Assembly (NCBI GenBank): GCA_016748015.1
Contig: JAAOMT010000057.1
Coordinates: forward strand, 1-64,000
Reading direction: 5' to 3'
Length of the DNA stretch: 64,000 nucleotides
From: Geosiphon pyriformis uo1
Taxonomy: Eukaryota > Fungi > Glomeromycota
The notes below the pieces were generated by a model. That model made no database searches. It was given only the letters and a program-made list of their open reading frames with translations, and was not told where the DNA came from. Made by a program: the position numbers and the translations under genes. Numbering within the stretch: position 1 is the stretch's first letter; each line of letters opens with the position of its first letter. Positions 1 to 10,619 of this stretch are shown here, piece by piece.

Positions 1-93
1 ATAAGGCTGTGAGATGTTCTAGAATGAATGTTGAAACAATCAATTTTACAATTTACACCAAATGGTAAAGTAAAACCTTAGGTTGTCGGCGTT

Positions 94-1231
94 TTAAACG
101 CGAGCAAGAATCCAGTCGACATACTCATTTATGACCTTCTCTTTTTCCAAATCATTATGCACTAGATGGAAGCAATTGTGAATATCAGAAATGAAGACGG
201 GAAAAATGAATTATCACCACTTACATTCATGATAACCCCCTTCCCAGGATCTAAAGATTTTATCTTCTGAAGGAATCTTTTCAATCAGTTCTTGGGTCGT
301 CTTGTGACAGCATATGTTATCAGCGTTCCCATGCGTGATAAAAATTGGTTTTGTTATGTTCTTGTGTTTTACCCCCATGATGGCCTTTGATCCTGAAAGC
401 ATATCACCAACTATATTGCCGTTGGATTAAAGTAAAATGTCTAAACAAAATTTAAAATCAATTCAAATTTAAATAAAAACTAACCTCCCCTAAGGGAACC
501 TATCGAGTGAACAAGAGGATCGGCTTCATATTTTTCTACTTCTTCCGGAATGCGACTGAGATGTTTGGCTCCCAAATTAACCCGGAATTGAAAACTCGGC
601 AACAGTTTTCCTAACATATTACCAATAAATATAGTTGGTTCTCGAGCCGCTGTTTTAGGTGATTGTTTAAGTAGTGGTGCTGACGCGATATATCCGGCGA
701 GATTGTCTTTCTCTTCACCTTCTGCTGCATAATTGATGACCAGTGCACCACCCTGAGTCGGTGTCAGTATATATATATCATCAAAAGGAATATTGATTTA
801 ATATAAAACAAAGTGTTTTACCATGCTGTGACCAAACAAGAATTGCGGGATCCCTTGCTGTCTATTTGTGCGAAGGGCAGTCGTAATGTCCTCTGTCGCA
901 ACCTTCCAACCTCCAGTTACCCCCGGATTTTTATTCCGAGCCGCGGTTCTTCCAAAGCCACGTTGATCGAATGCGTAAACTTCTATGTTCGCCTTTTGAA
1001 AGATCTCAAATACATGGTTATAGCGGTCAATGTGCTCACCAAAACCATGGATAAAAACTACGGTAGCAGTAGGAGGTTCGGAAGCCGTCTAGCATCCCAT
1101 CAGAACATTGAGGTGTGTTTATTTTGAAAGGAGACTAGTAAAAATGGAAAACTTACCTTCCATGTCTTTGTGTAAAGTGAGACGCCGTCATTCGTAGTTA
1201 TCCACTTTTCAATAGTATTCCCAGTTGCCAT
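94..1231 (-). CDS. Monoglyceride lipase / lysophospholipase (alpha/beta hydrolase, Yju3/MGLL-like), 5 exons: 1231-1157, 1088-822, 752-485, 410-225, 161-94
   Basis: The spliced translation contains VVFIHGFGEH, AFDQRGFG, the nucleophile elbow GHSMGG (across an intron), ITHGNADNI and the C-terminal GGYHELHND...WILARV*. All introns are GT-AG. Confidence 0.9.
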
Positions 1232-1484
1232 TATGTTAAGAAAATTATATAATGTATACTTTTAGGAAGTGAAAAAGCTTTTTAAATTTAAGGCAGGGAG
1301 TTTCACAGGCCTTTAAGAAGTTTATTAATAATTATTCTTTTACATATTTGTGTGATCATAATATATATTTTCTTTTCCTAAATATTCAAACAAGAAATGT
1401 TAAAATGTACAACAAAAGGCTATTGATGCCAATTTGCAGGATACATCCACCTCAATGATGTAGATAAGAAGCACTATAGCTGAA

Positions 1485-3630
1485 TCAGGTCGATGCAACA
1501 CGTAGAACGCGAACAAAGGCATCCATCTCTTCGATTGTTAAACCCATACTTTCAATTGTATTTTTGAATCTTTGATCATCATTTTTGGATCCAGAAGGAA
1601 AGATATGAATACGAAGACGTGGAATCTCCATTGATAATCTAATATCATAGCGGGAAATTTTTTGGAAACTTAGTTTAACAGAATAGAATTAAAAGTAATC
1701 AATACCAAGACCCTGAATGCTTACGCATAAACAAATACCAGGCACAAGATATTATTTTCCAAATCATTAAGAATCACTGAAGAACTTTCAAGAGTGAAGG
1801 TACGCATTAGACCAAGAAGTTCATCCTCAATACTTATTGGGATACCCAAGTGTGGCCGAAGAAAATTGTAACTGTCATAAATTTATGAAAGATGAAATTT
1901 TTGGGAAATTATTTTAGAAAATGGAATTTAATCCAAGAATCGACTCGAAGAAATGAAGTATATAAACCTCTCTATTATCTTTTCACTGAAAATATTGATT
2001 CTCATATTCATAATTTCGTTTTTTACAGCTTGGTTAGCTAAAACTGTTTTCACCTCTTGAATCTGGCACGACCGCAGAATGTACATATATTGACGTGTCT
2101 GTTGAGTAGTCATTCGATCTAAAGCCGTCCAGATCTTGCCAAACATTGACATTTTTGGTATAATTCGCCTTGTTTTTTTAGGTTTCGCTGATTTAGTGTA
2201 CATATTTAATGACAATGGACCGCTTTCAGGACTCCCTTCGACTCTATTATTATCGGAAAAATCTATAGAAGATTTAGCTGCCATATTTGACCCGCACCGT
2301 GAACTTTCAGAGCCTTTTCCCTTTTCAGTCGAAGAAATCGTGGTCTTGAACTCAATTTCTTGGATACCTTTTTCAATCTGGTTGATATTGTTATTATTTT
2401 GAGTGACAAGAGTATCTGCAAATTCATTTTTTTTTGTTAGCTGTTTATGATTTTCAGAATCTTCATAATGAAATCGGCCATTACGAAACATGGCATTAGC
2501 TAATGACATTGCTAATTCGTATTCTTCTGACTTAGATGTGTCAGATGTGTCGATTAAGCTTGTTTCCCTTGACAATATCAAGGTTGTGGGCTTGCTTATT
2601 GGATCAACTAATTTTTTTTTCACAAACTCTATTCGGAAGCCCTCGATTGAATCATGGGTATTTTGCTGCCCAGAAGTTGGTAGCATTGGGAGTCCAATTT
2701 CATCTTTGGTTTTTTCCTTTATAACGAGTTCTGGTGGCCCAGGAGGGAGGCTTCCTAATAAGGATTTAACATAGTCCATCTGCGTTTTGGAGCGTAAAGA
2801 GGATATTGCTTTTTTCGATTTGGGTCTCACCTGTCTTTAATTGCGGTAGCCTATTGATTAATATAAATCAAAGATTTTTTGTGCTTATATATTTCTTTAT
2901 TTACCTAAAGTCTTCATCTAATGAGAAAATTTCAAGTGGTTTCCAGGATTGAAAATCTCTCATATATACAGCTTCTTCTGACAATTGAGCGGCAAACATC
3001 TTTGAAGCTAAAAAACAACGATCTGAGCAGTAGCATTGTAATTCGGACACATCATAAATCTTTCGGGCGCTAAGCGATATCCGATATTTGCCTTCAATTT
3101 CCTGAGTGAAAAAACATATTCTTAAAGTTTGACACACACCTAAGAAACCAATCTGACAGCTGCTATATATGTACTTGGCGAGATTTTGGACAAATGGGAT
3201 ATCCACACATATTATCGGCATTTCTCTCTTCGATTACTTCATAGTATTCGACAGGTTGGATAAACTTAGCCTATGGAATTCCGAAAAAAATAAATTGCCT
3301 TGTTACTATTTAAATAAAATTATCTCCATAAAACTTTATTTCACTAACCGATTCTTGAAGTACATCAATAGTTACGGTATCATAAAGCTTTTCTTGCCAT
3401 TCTAAAGTCAACTTTTCAAACTCTTTACGCTTCTCGAGGCTATTTTTAATCAGTTCTCGTTTCTGTGATTGTTTTGTCTCTTTAATTGCCGATTTTCCCA
3501 AAGTCTGAGATTTAATCTTTCTATTATTCTTTGTTTTATGCTTTGGATTAGTTGTCCCAAAAACTATATTTGAAACTTTGTTTGGATTAAGGGGTGAACT
3601 ATCAAAATTTCTTTGGGCATTAGAAAACAT
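1485..3630 (-). CDS. RPAP2: RNA polymerase II CTD phosphatase RPAP2/Rtr1 homologue, multi-exon
   Basis: The Rtr1 zinc-binding domain is present (YYEVIEERNADNMCGYPIC...KYRISLSARKIYDVSELQCYCSDRCFLASK). The C-terminal RPAP2 region (MSMFGKIWTALDRMTT...) ends MGLTIEEMDAFVRVLRVAST* at 1485. Confidence 0.85.
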
Positions 3631-3862
3631 ATTGACTGGTAAAAACCAAGAATCTGTAGTTTATTTGATATAAAACTTCGAGCTTAGCCGCAGTAGCCGA
3701 TCCAACGATGAGTCCCAGCTCCTTAGATTTTGGGGAACCTTGTTTTTCTGACGCACAACAAATAAGTGACTTTCCTATCTGCTATCTAATAAATAGATAG
3801 AAGACTAACTTTTTCGCTGTAGATAGACAACTACGGTATTCACTCTTCCAACTTCACCCATA

Positions 3863-5234
3863 ATGTCCACTCCAAGTAAACGTAAGTTCTTCAGACTTTC
3901 AGATTTTTCTAAAGGGTTGCAGTCTCCCAATAAAAAACTCGACAGCTTCCAGCGACTAAATCAGTTTTACATTGATGCTAATCAAAACTACTGCCAGTCT
4001 ACATAGGACATCTTTCACAAAGAACAGAAAAGAGAGACCTGGAAGAGTTGGTGAGTTTCTTCTTTTACTTTATTTAGTTACACCCTTCTGTCTCCTGCTA
4101 TTATATCGTAAAAAAAATTAACCCAATGTTTTTTTTGCAAATTTATAGTTTGAAAGATATGGTAAAGTTATTAGTGTTGATGTCAAGCCAATGGGTTATG
4201 CATTTGTTGAATTCGAGGTTAGTGTTATTTATCGATACCAATTTTAGGACTTTATGCCCTCTTGTATTTAATATTCGAGTATAATATAAATGATGATAGG
4301 ACCCGCGAGATGCCGATGATGCTGTAAAACAGTTAAATGGTTATGAGCTAGATGGAGCTCGAATCGCTGTAGAATGGTCTCGCCGCTCTGGAGGTCCTGG
4401 TAGCGGTTGTTTTCTGTGTGCAGGGCAAGGTCATTGGGCGAGAGAATGTCCTGAAGCCAGAGAAAAGGGAATGGATGTCAGAAGTGGGCGATGTTTCCGA
4501 TGTGGTGAGATAGGACATTTAGCGAAATATTGCAGGTAATAATTTTACACATAAATAATTTACTGTATGTTATGGTTCTTTTTTCATCGATTATTCATTA
4601 TTCCTGAACCACTTTTTACAGAGGAGAAGGTGATTATGATCGTCGTGTTTCTTCTGGTAGTCGCTATGGCCGAGGCCGTTCTCCTCATCATGGCCGTAGT
4701 AGCTATTATGATGATTATAGCGACCGTGACCGCTATGCTCGTCGTTATTCTAGATCTCCCCAAACCTATGGCTCCTACAGCGCATCTGGCCAAAGGAATC
4801 GATCAAGGAGTCCCTATTATAGTGGCAAACGGAGCCCGAGTCCTTATGTATATGATAACACCTATTCAAGCAAGAGGAGTCCTAGTCCGTATGGGTATGT
4901 TAATTCTGGGTTCGTCTATTTAAGTGATTACTTTCATTCCCGGTTACTTTTTTCTTCCCGAACTTTTTTATTTTTTGTTTCTTTTCTTTCCTGGAAACCC
5001 TTGTTCTGGATGCCAAGGAGACCTTCATTTTGATGTGGCTCTTGGGCTTGGGAGGCAACTCAGGCGCGGAATCTGTTTCGGAGGCTGTGCTAACCGTCTT
5101 TTTGGCGGCTTGCATGGCTATTTGTTAAACAGCTTATTGCTCACCAATTCTTTTTTGCTCTTTTGTGTTACCCGTCACTGGATAAAATTCCATTCTGTCC
5201 GGACCAATATAATCATAGGCGAAAAAGATATTAG
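3863..5234 (+). CDS. SR-type splicing factor with RRM, two CCHC zinc knuckles and an RS/SP-rich tail (SRSF7/RS2Z-like); the last exon is inferred
   Basis: RRM exons [17 protein letters not shown] / [15 protein letters not shown] / [19 protein letters not shown]. Knuckles [14 protein letters not shown] and [14 protein letters not shown], then an RS-rich exon. Proposed intron 4895-5218 gives the ending ..SPSPYGRKRY*. Confidence 0.85.
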
Positions 5235-6139
5235 GCTGCTGCTGGAGAGGCAAACAAATAGGAACCCTTTTACTGACGAATCTTCTATAACGGATACCTT
5301 GGAAGGGCCAGTATGAAATGGCAAATGACTGGCCATTGAAAAATGGATTACCGGGAAAATTATTGGGCGATGGGATTTTTACCGGAGAAAAAAGAAAATA
5401 GATATAATGTGGATTCCCTGTTTTTATTCATCTTATCCTTTTTGGGCTGGAGTTTTATGAACTGGATTAATGAGAACAGGAGCTAACTTCTTGGGAACAG
5501 GAATTCAATTAATTTTGCAAGGAAACTTGAATCAAGTATGTTTCTTGAATGGAGACCTACTCTTAGTGCTATCACCTAACTGTTAATCGTTGGAACTCCA
5601 TTCCTTGGTAATGTTCAGTCAATTGAACCTTTTTGGTACAACTGAATAAACCATACCAAGCCATGGGGATTTGATAAGGTTGTCTGGAAGTATTCAATGG
5701 TATTTGAATTTTTGAAATTAGAATTAAACCAATGAAAATCCAGCATTACCTTTTCAAATTTATTGGTAAATTGATTTTTAAAGAATGAATGCCATTTTTT
5801 AAAAGTTATTAACATTCAATGCAGAATGGAAATTTTACATCAAGTTCAAATTTGTTTACAAAGTCATATATTAAATATTTGATTTTATAAACACTCCAAA
5901 ATGAAAATACAAAATTTTGTCCATGTAGAATATCTTGAAATAATGTTCACTTGGATATCAATCCGCGAATTATCTGTTGTTAAAATAATCTATATATTGT
6001 CTAATTTGACATATCATCAGTGCAAAACATCTATTAAAAACAATATATAATTGGCCTTCCGAAAGTTCTTTTTCAAAGGCAAATTGTCGTCTTTGGAACA
6101 GGTAGTCATAATATTATTTATCTAAATACAATCAAACTC

Positions 6140-7995
6140 TTATTCCAATCCGAATATATGATATGCTAACTGCACTGTGGCAAATATGATCTAAAGAAAT
6201 GACGTGTTATGGATGAACTAATCCTGAAAAGCGATAAAGATTAATTAAATCCTATGAAAACTTACTGGTTGCCAAACGACCAAATAACGAACTCCATCAA
6301 GCAAACTGAGGTAAAGTTGTTGTTGAGTGTCCCATCTTTATTAATTAAAGTAGTTATGATTAAAAAATAAATTCAAATTTGGCATTTAAATGCATAGTCG
6401 AAACTCACGGATTTGTTTTAAATTCTTTCATGTCAACCTTCTCCTTACTGGATCAACATGAGGATAAATATGAAGTTTTATGTTAAAATGATACTCAAAA
6501 GGAGAACAAAATTTTATAACTATACCAATATGGACAGATATCCTTTTTTCCAATGAGACACCACCCACGTATACACTCCTCATGAAATACATGGCGACAT
6601 GTTAATTGATGAACTTTGTCGTGTTCCCGATTTTCCGTTGTCCCACCACATACTGCACAAATAACCACGCGAAGGTGTTTTCTAGGAAAGCCATCTTTAT
6701 TATAATACCCAAGTGTCGATGCCATTCTGTCTGTACAAATCTCAACAAAATCTCGACTCAATACTCTAAAAATAATATAAAACATAATTTTAATAAATTT
6801 GGAAATTTAAAGGCCAACACTTTAATGAAATACCCGACCATTTACCCAAAATATAATCCATATGATAAAAGAATGATTCCTAAATCTGCTACCTCAGAGA
6901 AATCATAAAACAATTGCACAATTCCGAAAAAGGTGAGCATAATAATGGCATAGCCGGTCACACCTACGGCATAACACAATTTATAAACAATTGAAAACCA
7001 ATTGTAAACGAGTCTAGAAATATAAAAAAAAATTGTATTAAAAAAAATTTTGTTGAATAAAATAAATGTATCTGACCTTGGTGTCTTATGATCTAGAGGC
7101 TTTCTTGATGCAAGATAAATGACTAATTTTGGAGGTAACAGAAGTAATTTATTATATTTTTCAACATGTTGGAATTTTTTAAGAATTTAAAATTTTATTC
7201 ACTTACCCCGGAAGTTTGCAATAGAATATAAACACCAAATAGAAAGAAATCTCCAGAATTGTGCTTGAATACCAAAGATATACATGGGTATTAACCTGAA
7301 TAATAATCAGCGAAATCTTTTTTGAATTTGAATCTCATTCACATTATGATATTTCCACTGATGGATATCTATTCTAATCGAGACAAAAAACTGATTTAAA
7401 TGCCAGAAATTCAATCATCGTTCCTGACGCAGCTGGCATACACATAAGCACCGCGCACGCACCCAATATAAAGTAGGTCGACTTCGTCGCAGTTCTTGAC
7501 CAAGGTTCATTTCGTGGGGAATCCTTCTAGAAATAATCTGAGAAAAGTTCCGGGTATCTCAGGGTTCAAGAAAAGGAATCCATGTGCATCAGGAACGATG
7601 TTGTTGATCCAAGTACGATACGAGAAATTCTCAATTTAAATATTCATATTTACAGACCATAAGCCGATCAAAGTAACTGCCTGAAAGGATCGATAGTGCT
7701 TTTGCTTCCAAAACAAAATGACAAACTGAAATCCAAAAAGAGCTATCAATAAAATTAAAGCCATTGTACTATGTTGTGTTTCGTGTCCTGCGTGACTCTG
7801 TGCGAATTTTTCTTGTGGACTTGAACTAATAATAAAGAACAAAAGAAATTTAACTATTTTGACGGAGATTCGAGTTTGGTAAAAGAAATTAAAATCAGAC
7901 CTTCCGATCGGTACAAAAGTTGAATTGGGCATAGTTGGAGTAGATTCAGGCCCTAATGAAGCAAGTGTCCCATTCTCAAGAGTTCCTTCTGTCAT
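6140..7995 (-). CDS. RNF121/RNF175-like multi-pass membrane RING-H2 E3 ligase, multi-exon
   Basis: Motifs HAGHETQH, WKQKHYRSFQ, RKPLDHKTPRLVYNWF, YGLYFGVLSRDFVEICTDRMA and RING CAVC..CRHVFHEECIRGWCLIGKKDICPY. The gene ends ..AYHIFGLE*. Confidence 0.88.
7400..7610 (-). ncRNA. Candidate structured RNA element in intron 7657-7296 of the RNF121-like gene (unassigned)
   Basis: A 16-bp closing stem (7585-7600 with 7416-7431) encloses several nested hairpins. The segment is GC/CpG-rich relative to the other introns. Confidence 0.45.
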
Positions 7996-8426
7996 AATGG
8001 CAAATTTTTCTACTCGACTTTTATAAAAGCAAATCTAAAGGAAATCAATAAGCCAAGTTTCGTGTCGGTTAAGGAAAAGGCTAAGGTAGTGTTTGAAAAC
8101 TAAATCCTTCAGCCCCAAGGAATATCAATCAACAAACATTGACAGATTAAAACTTATGATAATTCGTGTTGTCTGATTCTGAGCCCCTTGAGATTGTTGG
8201 CGAAGTTACAATCAAACAGACTAACCAAAAGAAGCCGTAAAAATCTCATATTAACCGACGCGTGGGACAACCACTCCTGTATGTGCAGTAATTTTACATC
8301 ATCATGCACAACATCCAACCTCCTTACTCTCTATCATTTGGTTGACTGCCAAAGTTTCTGCTGAAAATTAAAGTGTATCTCTCTCTCTCTCCTTTTTTAC
8401 GATCTTCCACTTGCTAAACAATCATA

Positions 8427-9690
8427 ATGAGTACTCGTTGGGGTGGCACTCCAAAGTGTCCGCGTTGTCAAAACTCAGTCTACATGGCTGAACAGGTATT
8501 GCTTTTACCATTTGAATTTCTTCTTTTCTGTTTCTTTAATTCACCCGACAAATCTTAAATTTCTAGGTAATTGGTCCTAATGGTCCTTGGCACAAATCCT
8601 GTCTAACATGTATTGTAAGGATTTTGATATTCAACACGTTTCGTATGATTTAATTCTTATTATTTCCCTGAAAAGCTTACCTTTTTCATAATGTTCTCAA
8701 CACGACAATCTAGGATTGTAAGAAACGCTTAGACTCTTTTACTTTAGCTGAACACGAAGGAGAGGCAAGTGTTTTAAATTTTGAGCCTGTTGCAAATTTC
8801 AAATGACCTAATCTAATTGCAACCGTCAATTCAATTTAATGATAGGCCTATTGTAAAACTTGTCATGGACGTCGATTTGGCCCCAAAGGTAGAAAAATAT
8901 TATTTGATATATTAAATTCTTACTTTTTAATACAGCATGGCCTAATCAAGAATTTCACTTTTCATATTTAGGTTATGGTTTTGCTTCTGGTACCTCTTTT
9001 CTGAATACCGAGCGGCCGATTGGTAAACCAACTAAAGATGAATTCAGTGGGTCGCTGAGATCATCTACTGATGAGACAATTGGGCAATCACCTCCCACCT
9101 CTCCTACCCCCATGTCTCCATCTTATGGCTTTTTCAGTAGCCGATCTCAATCACAAAAAAATGGAGTAGCCCGACGTTGGAGCCTTCCAGTTAATCATGA
9201 CATATGTCCTCGTTGTTCGAAGGCAGTCTATGCAGCTGAAGCGGTATTGTTCATTTTGCTTTAAGACGATAATTTATTTCAATCATCTACTCACGCCTGA
9301 AGTAAATTGCAATCCCCTTATCCAAAAGGTTTTAGGTGCCGGGGTAAAATATCATAAATTATGTTTGCGTTGTATCCAATGCAACAAACTTTTGGATTCT
9401 ACTAACATGACCGACCGTGATGGCAAAATTTATTGTCGTGCTTGTTACTCAAGAGAATTTGGCCCAAAGGTGAGCTTTGAATATTAGCGAAATTTTCAAT
9501 ATTTAAAACTTTAGCTATGTCTAGATTTTGATTTTTTATATTTTTTGTATTTGTTCTCGAATCCTTTAGGGTTATGGATATGGTGGAGGTTAGTAAAAAA
9601 GTTTTACTTGTTTTCTGCCCATGATAATTTGATTTATTGGAATTATTTTTAGGTGCTGCATTCTTAACAACTGAAGGGACTGCCAGATAA
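8427..9690 (+). CDS. Two-LIM-domain cysteine/glycine-rich protein (CRP/CSRP-like), 8 exons
   Basis: CPRCQNSVYMAEQ..WHKSCLTCIDC..YCKTCHGRRFGPKGYGF, then a second LIM CPRC..YHKLCLRCIQC..YCRACYSREFGPKGYGYGG. Stop TAA at 9688-9690. Confidence 0.92.
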
Positions 9691-10619
9691 ATTTTCTTTG
9701 GTAAAGTCTAGACTCTATGGACTCAGCTTCATTTCGAACTCATTCCCTATCACCTCGGCTAAGTGGAAATCAAGTACAAATTATATTCTCGGTAGATGAT
9801 ATTTGATCAATTCCAACTCATTTTTTTTCTTTTGTAGTATTAAAGCTCGGGGTTATAGTAATACCAAGAATATTCAGCCCAATGTATATGTATAATGTTG
9901 AAATTCATATATATAATTTCCCATTTTGTATAGGATAGAATTATATAGGTTTGCAACTATCCTCACAAAAATGAAACCTTTTTACAATGTGATTCATATT
10001 TATACAGTTTTGTGGAAAAGTCTTTCTCTTCTAAAGAAATTATTCATGAAGATATCAAAGAATGATTTCTTCATTTTCTCAATTGTATTAAATATATAAG
10101 TATTTGTGAAGAATAAACAAATGAATATGCAACTGGATCATTTGAAACACTTAAGTTATTTTTGATTACATCGAATTTAAAACTCGGCGTATTTGAAAAC
10201 ATTGTCTCAATCAATCATTCATACATTTATTAATAAAAAGAAATATTATATATATAATGTAAGTCTTATAGGCGAATCTCGTGTAGTTAATTTGTAGAAA
10301 TTGCATTACGCATATTAAGAAATTTAAAGAAATTTATATCTGATTTAATTTGTAAGCTAAATTAAATTAAGATTATTTACAAATTATTAATATTTTTTTA
10401 TTTTTTTTATATTTTATTAAATTTTGAATAAAGCTGTATATACCAATGTTAAATAATTAAACTAAGTGTTGTCTAATAAACTAAGAGTTTCTAAACAACA
10501 TAATTTAGTAATTGAGCATTTTTAATAATATAAGTTAATAAATTAAGTATTTTTATATATATTAAAAAAATTATTAAATTTATTACATATTATTTAAAGA
10601 TTTGAACCAAACAAACAAA

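Noticed and set aside
813-5316. ORF-track calls such as 813-1127(+), 2136-2402(+), 2490-2774(+), 4567-4923(+) and 4900-5115(-)
   Set aside because: They are antisense or off-frame shadows of the spliced genes.
7515-7580. TPP riboswitch-like string CUGAGAUACCCGGAACUU on the minus strand within an intron
   Set aside because: There is no upstream GGG/P2-P3 arm and no UGAU..AAU..GCG pyrophosphate arm. CUGAGA is instead paired with UCUCAG, and the host gene is unrelated to thiamine.
7416-7600. RNase MRP/P or telomerase RNA identity for the intronic structure
   Set aside because: The CR-I-like GGAUUCCCC has no GGGGCU partner for P4. The template-like UGAACCCUGA would specify TTCAGGG rather than TTAGGG and is partly base-paired. 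Not supportable.
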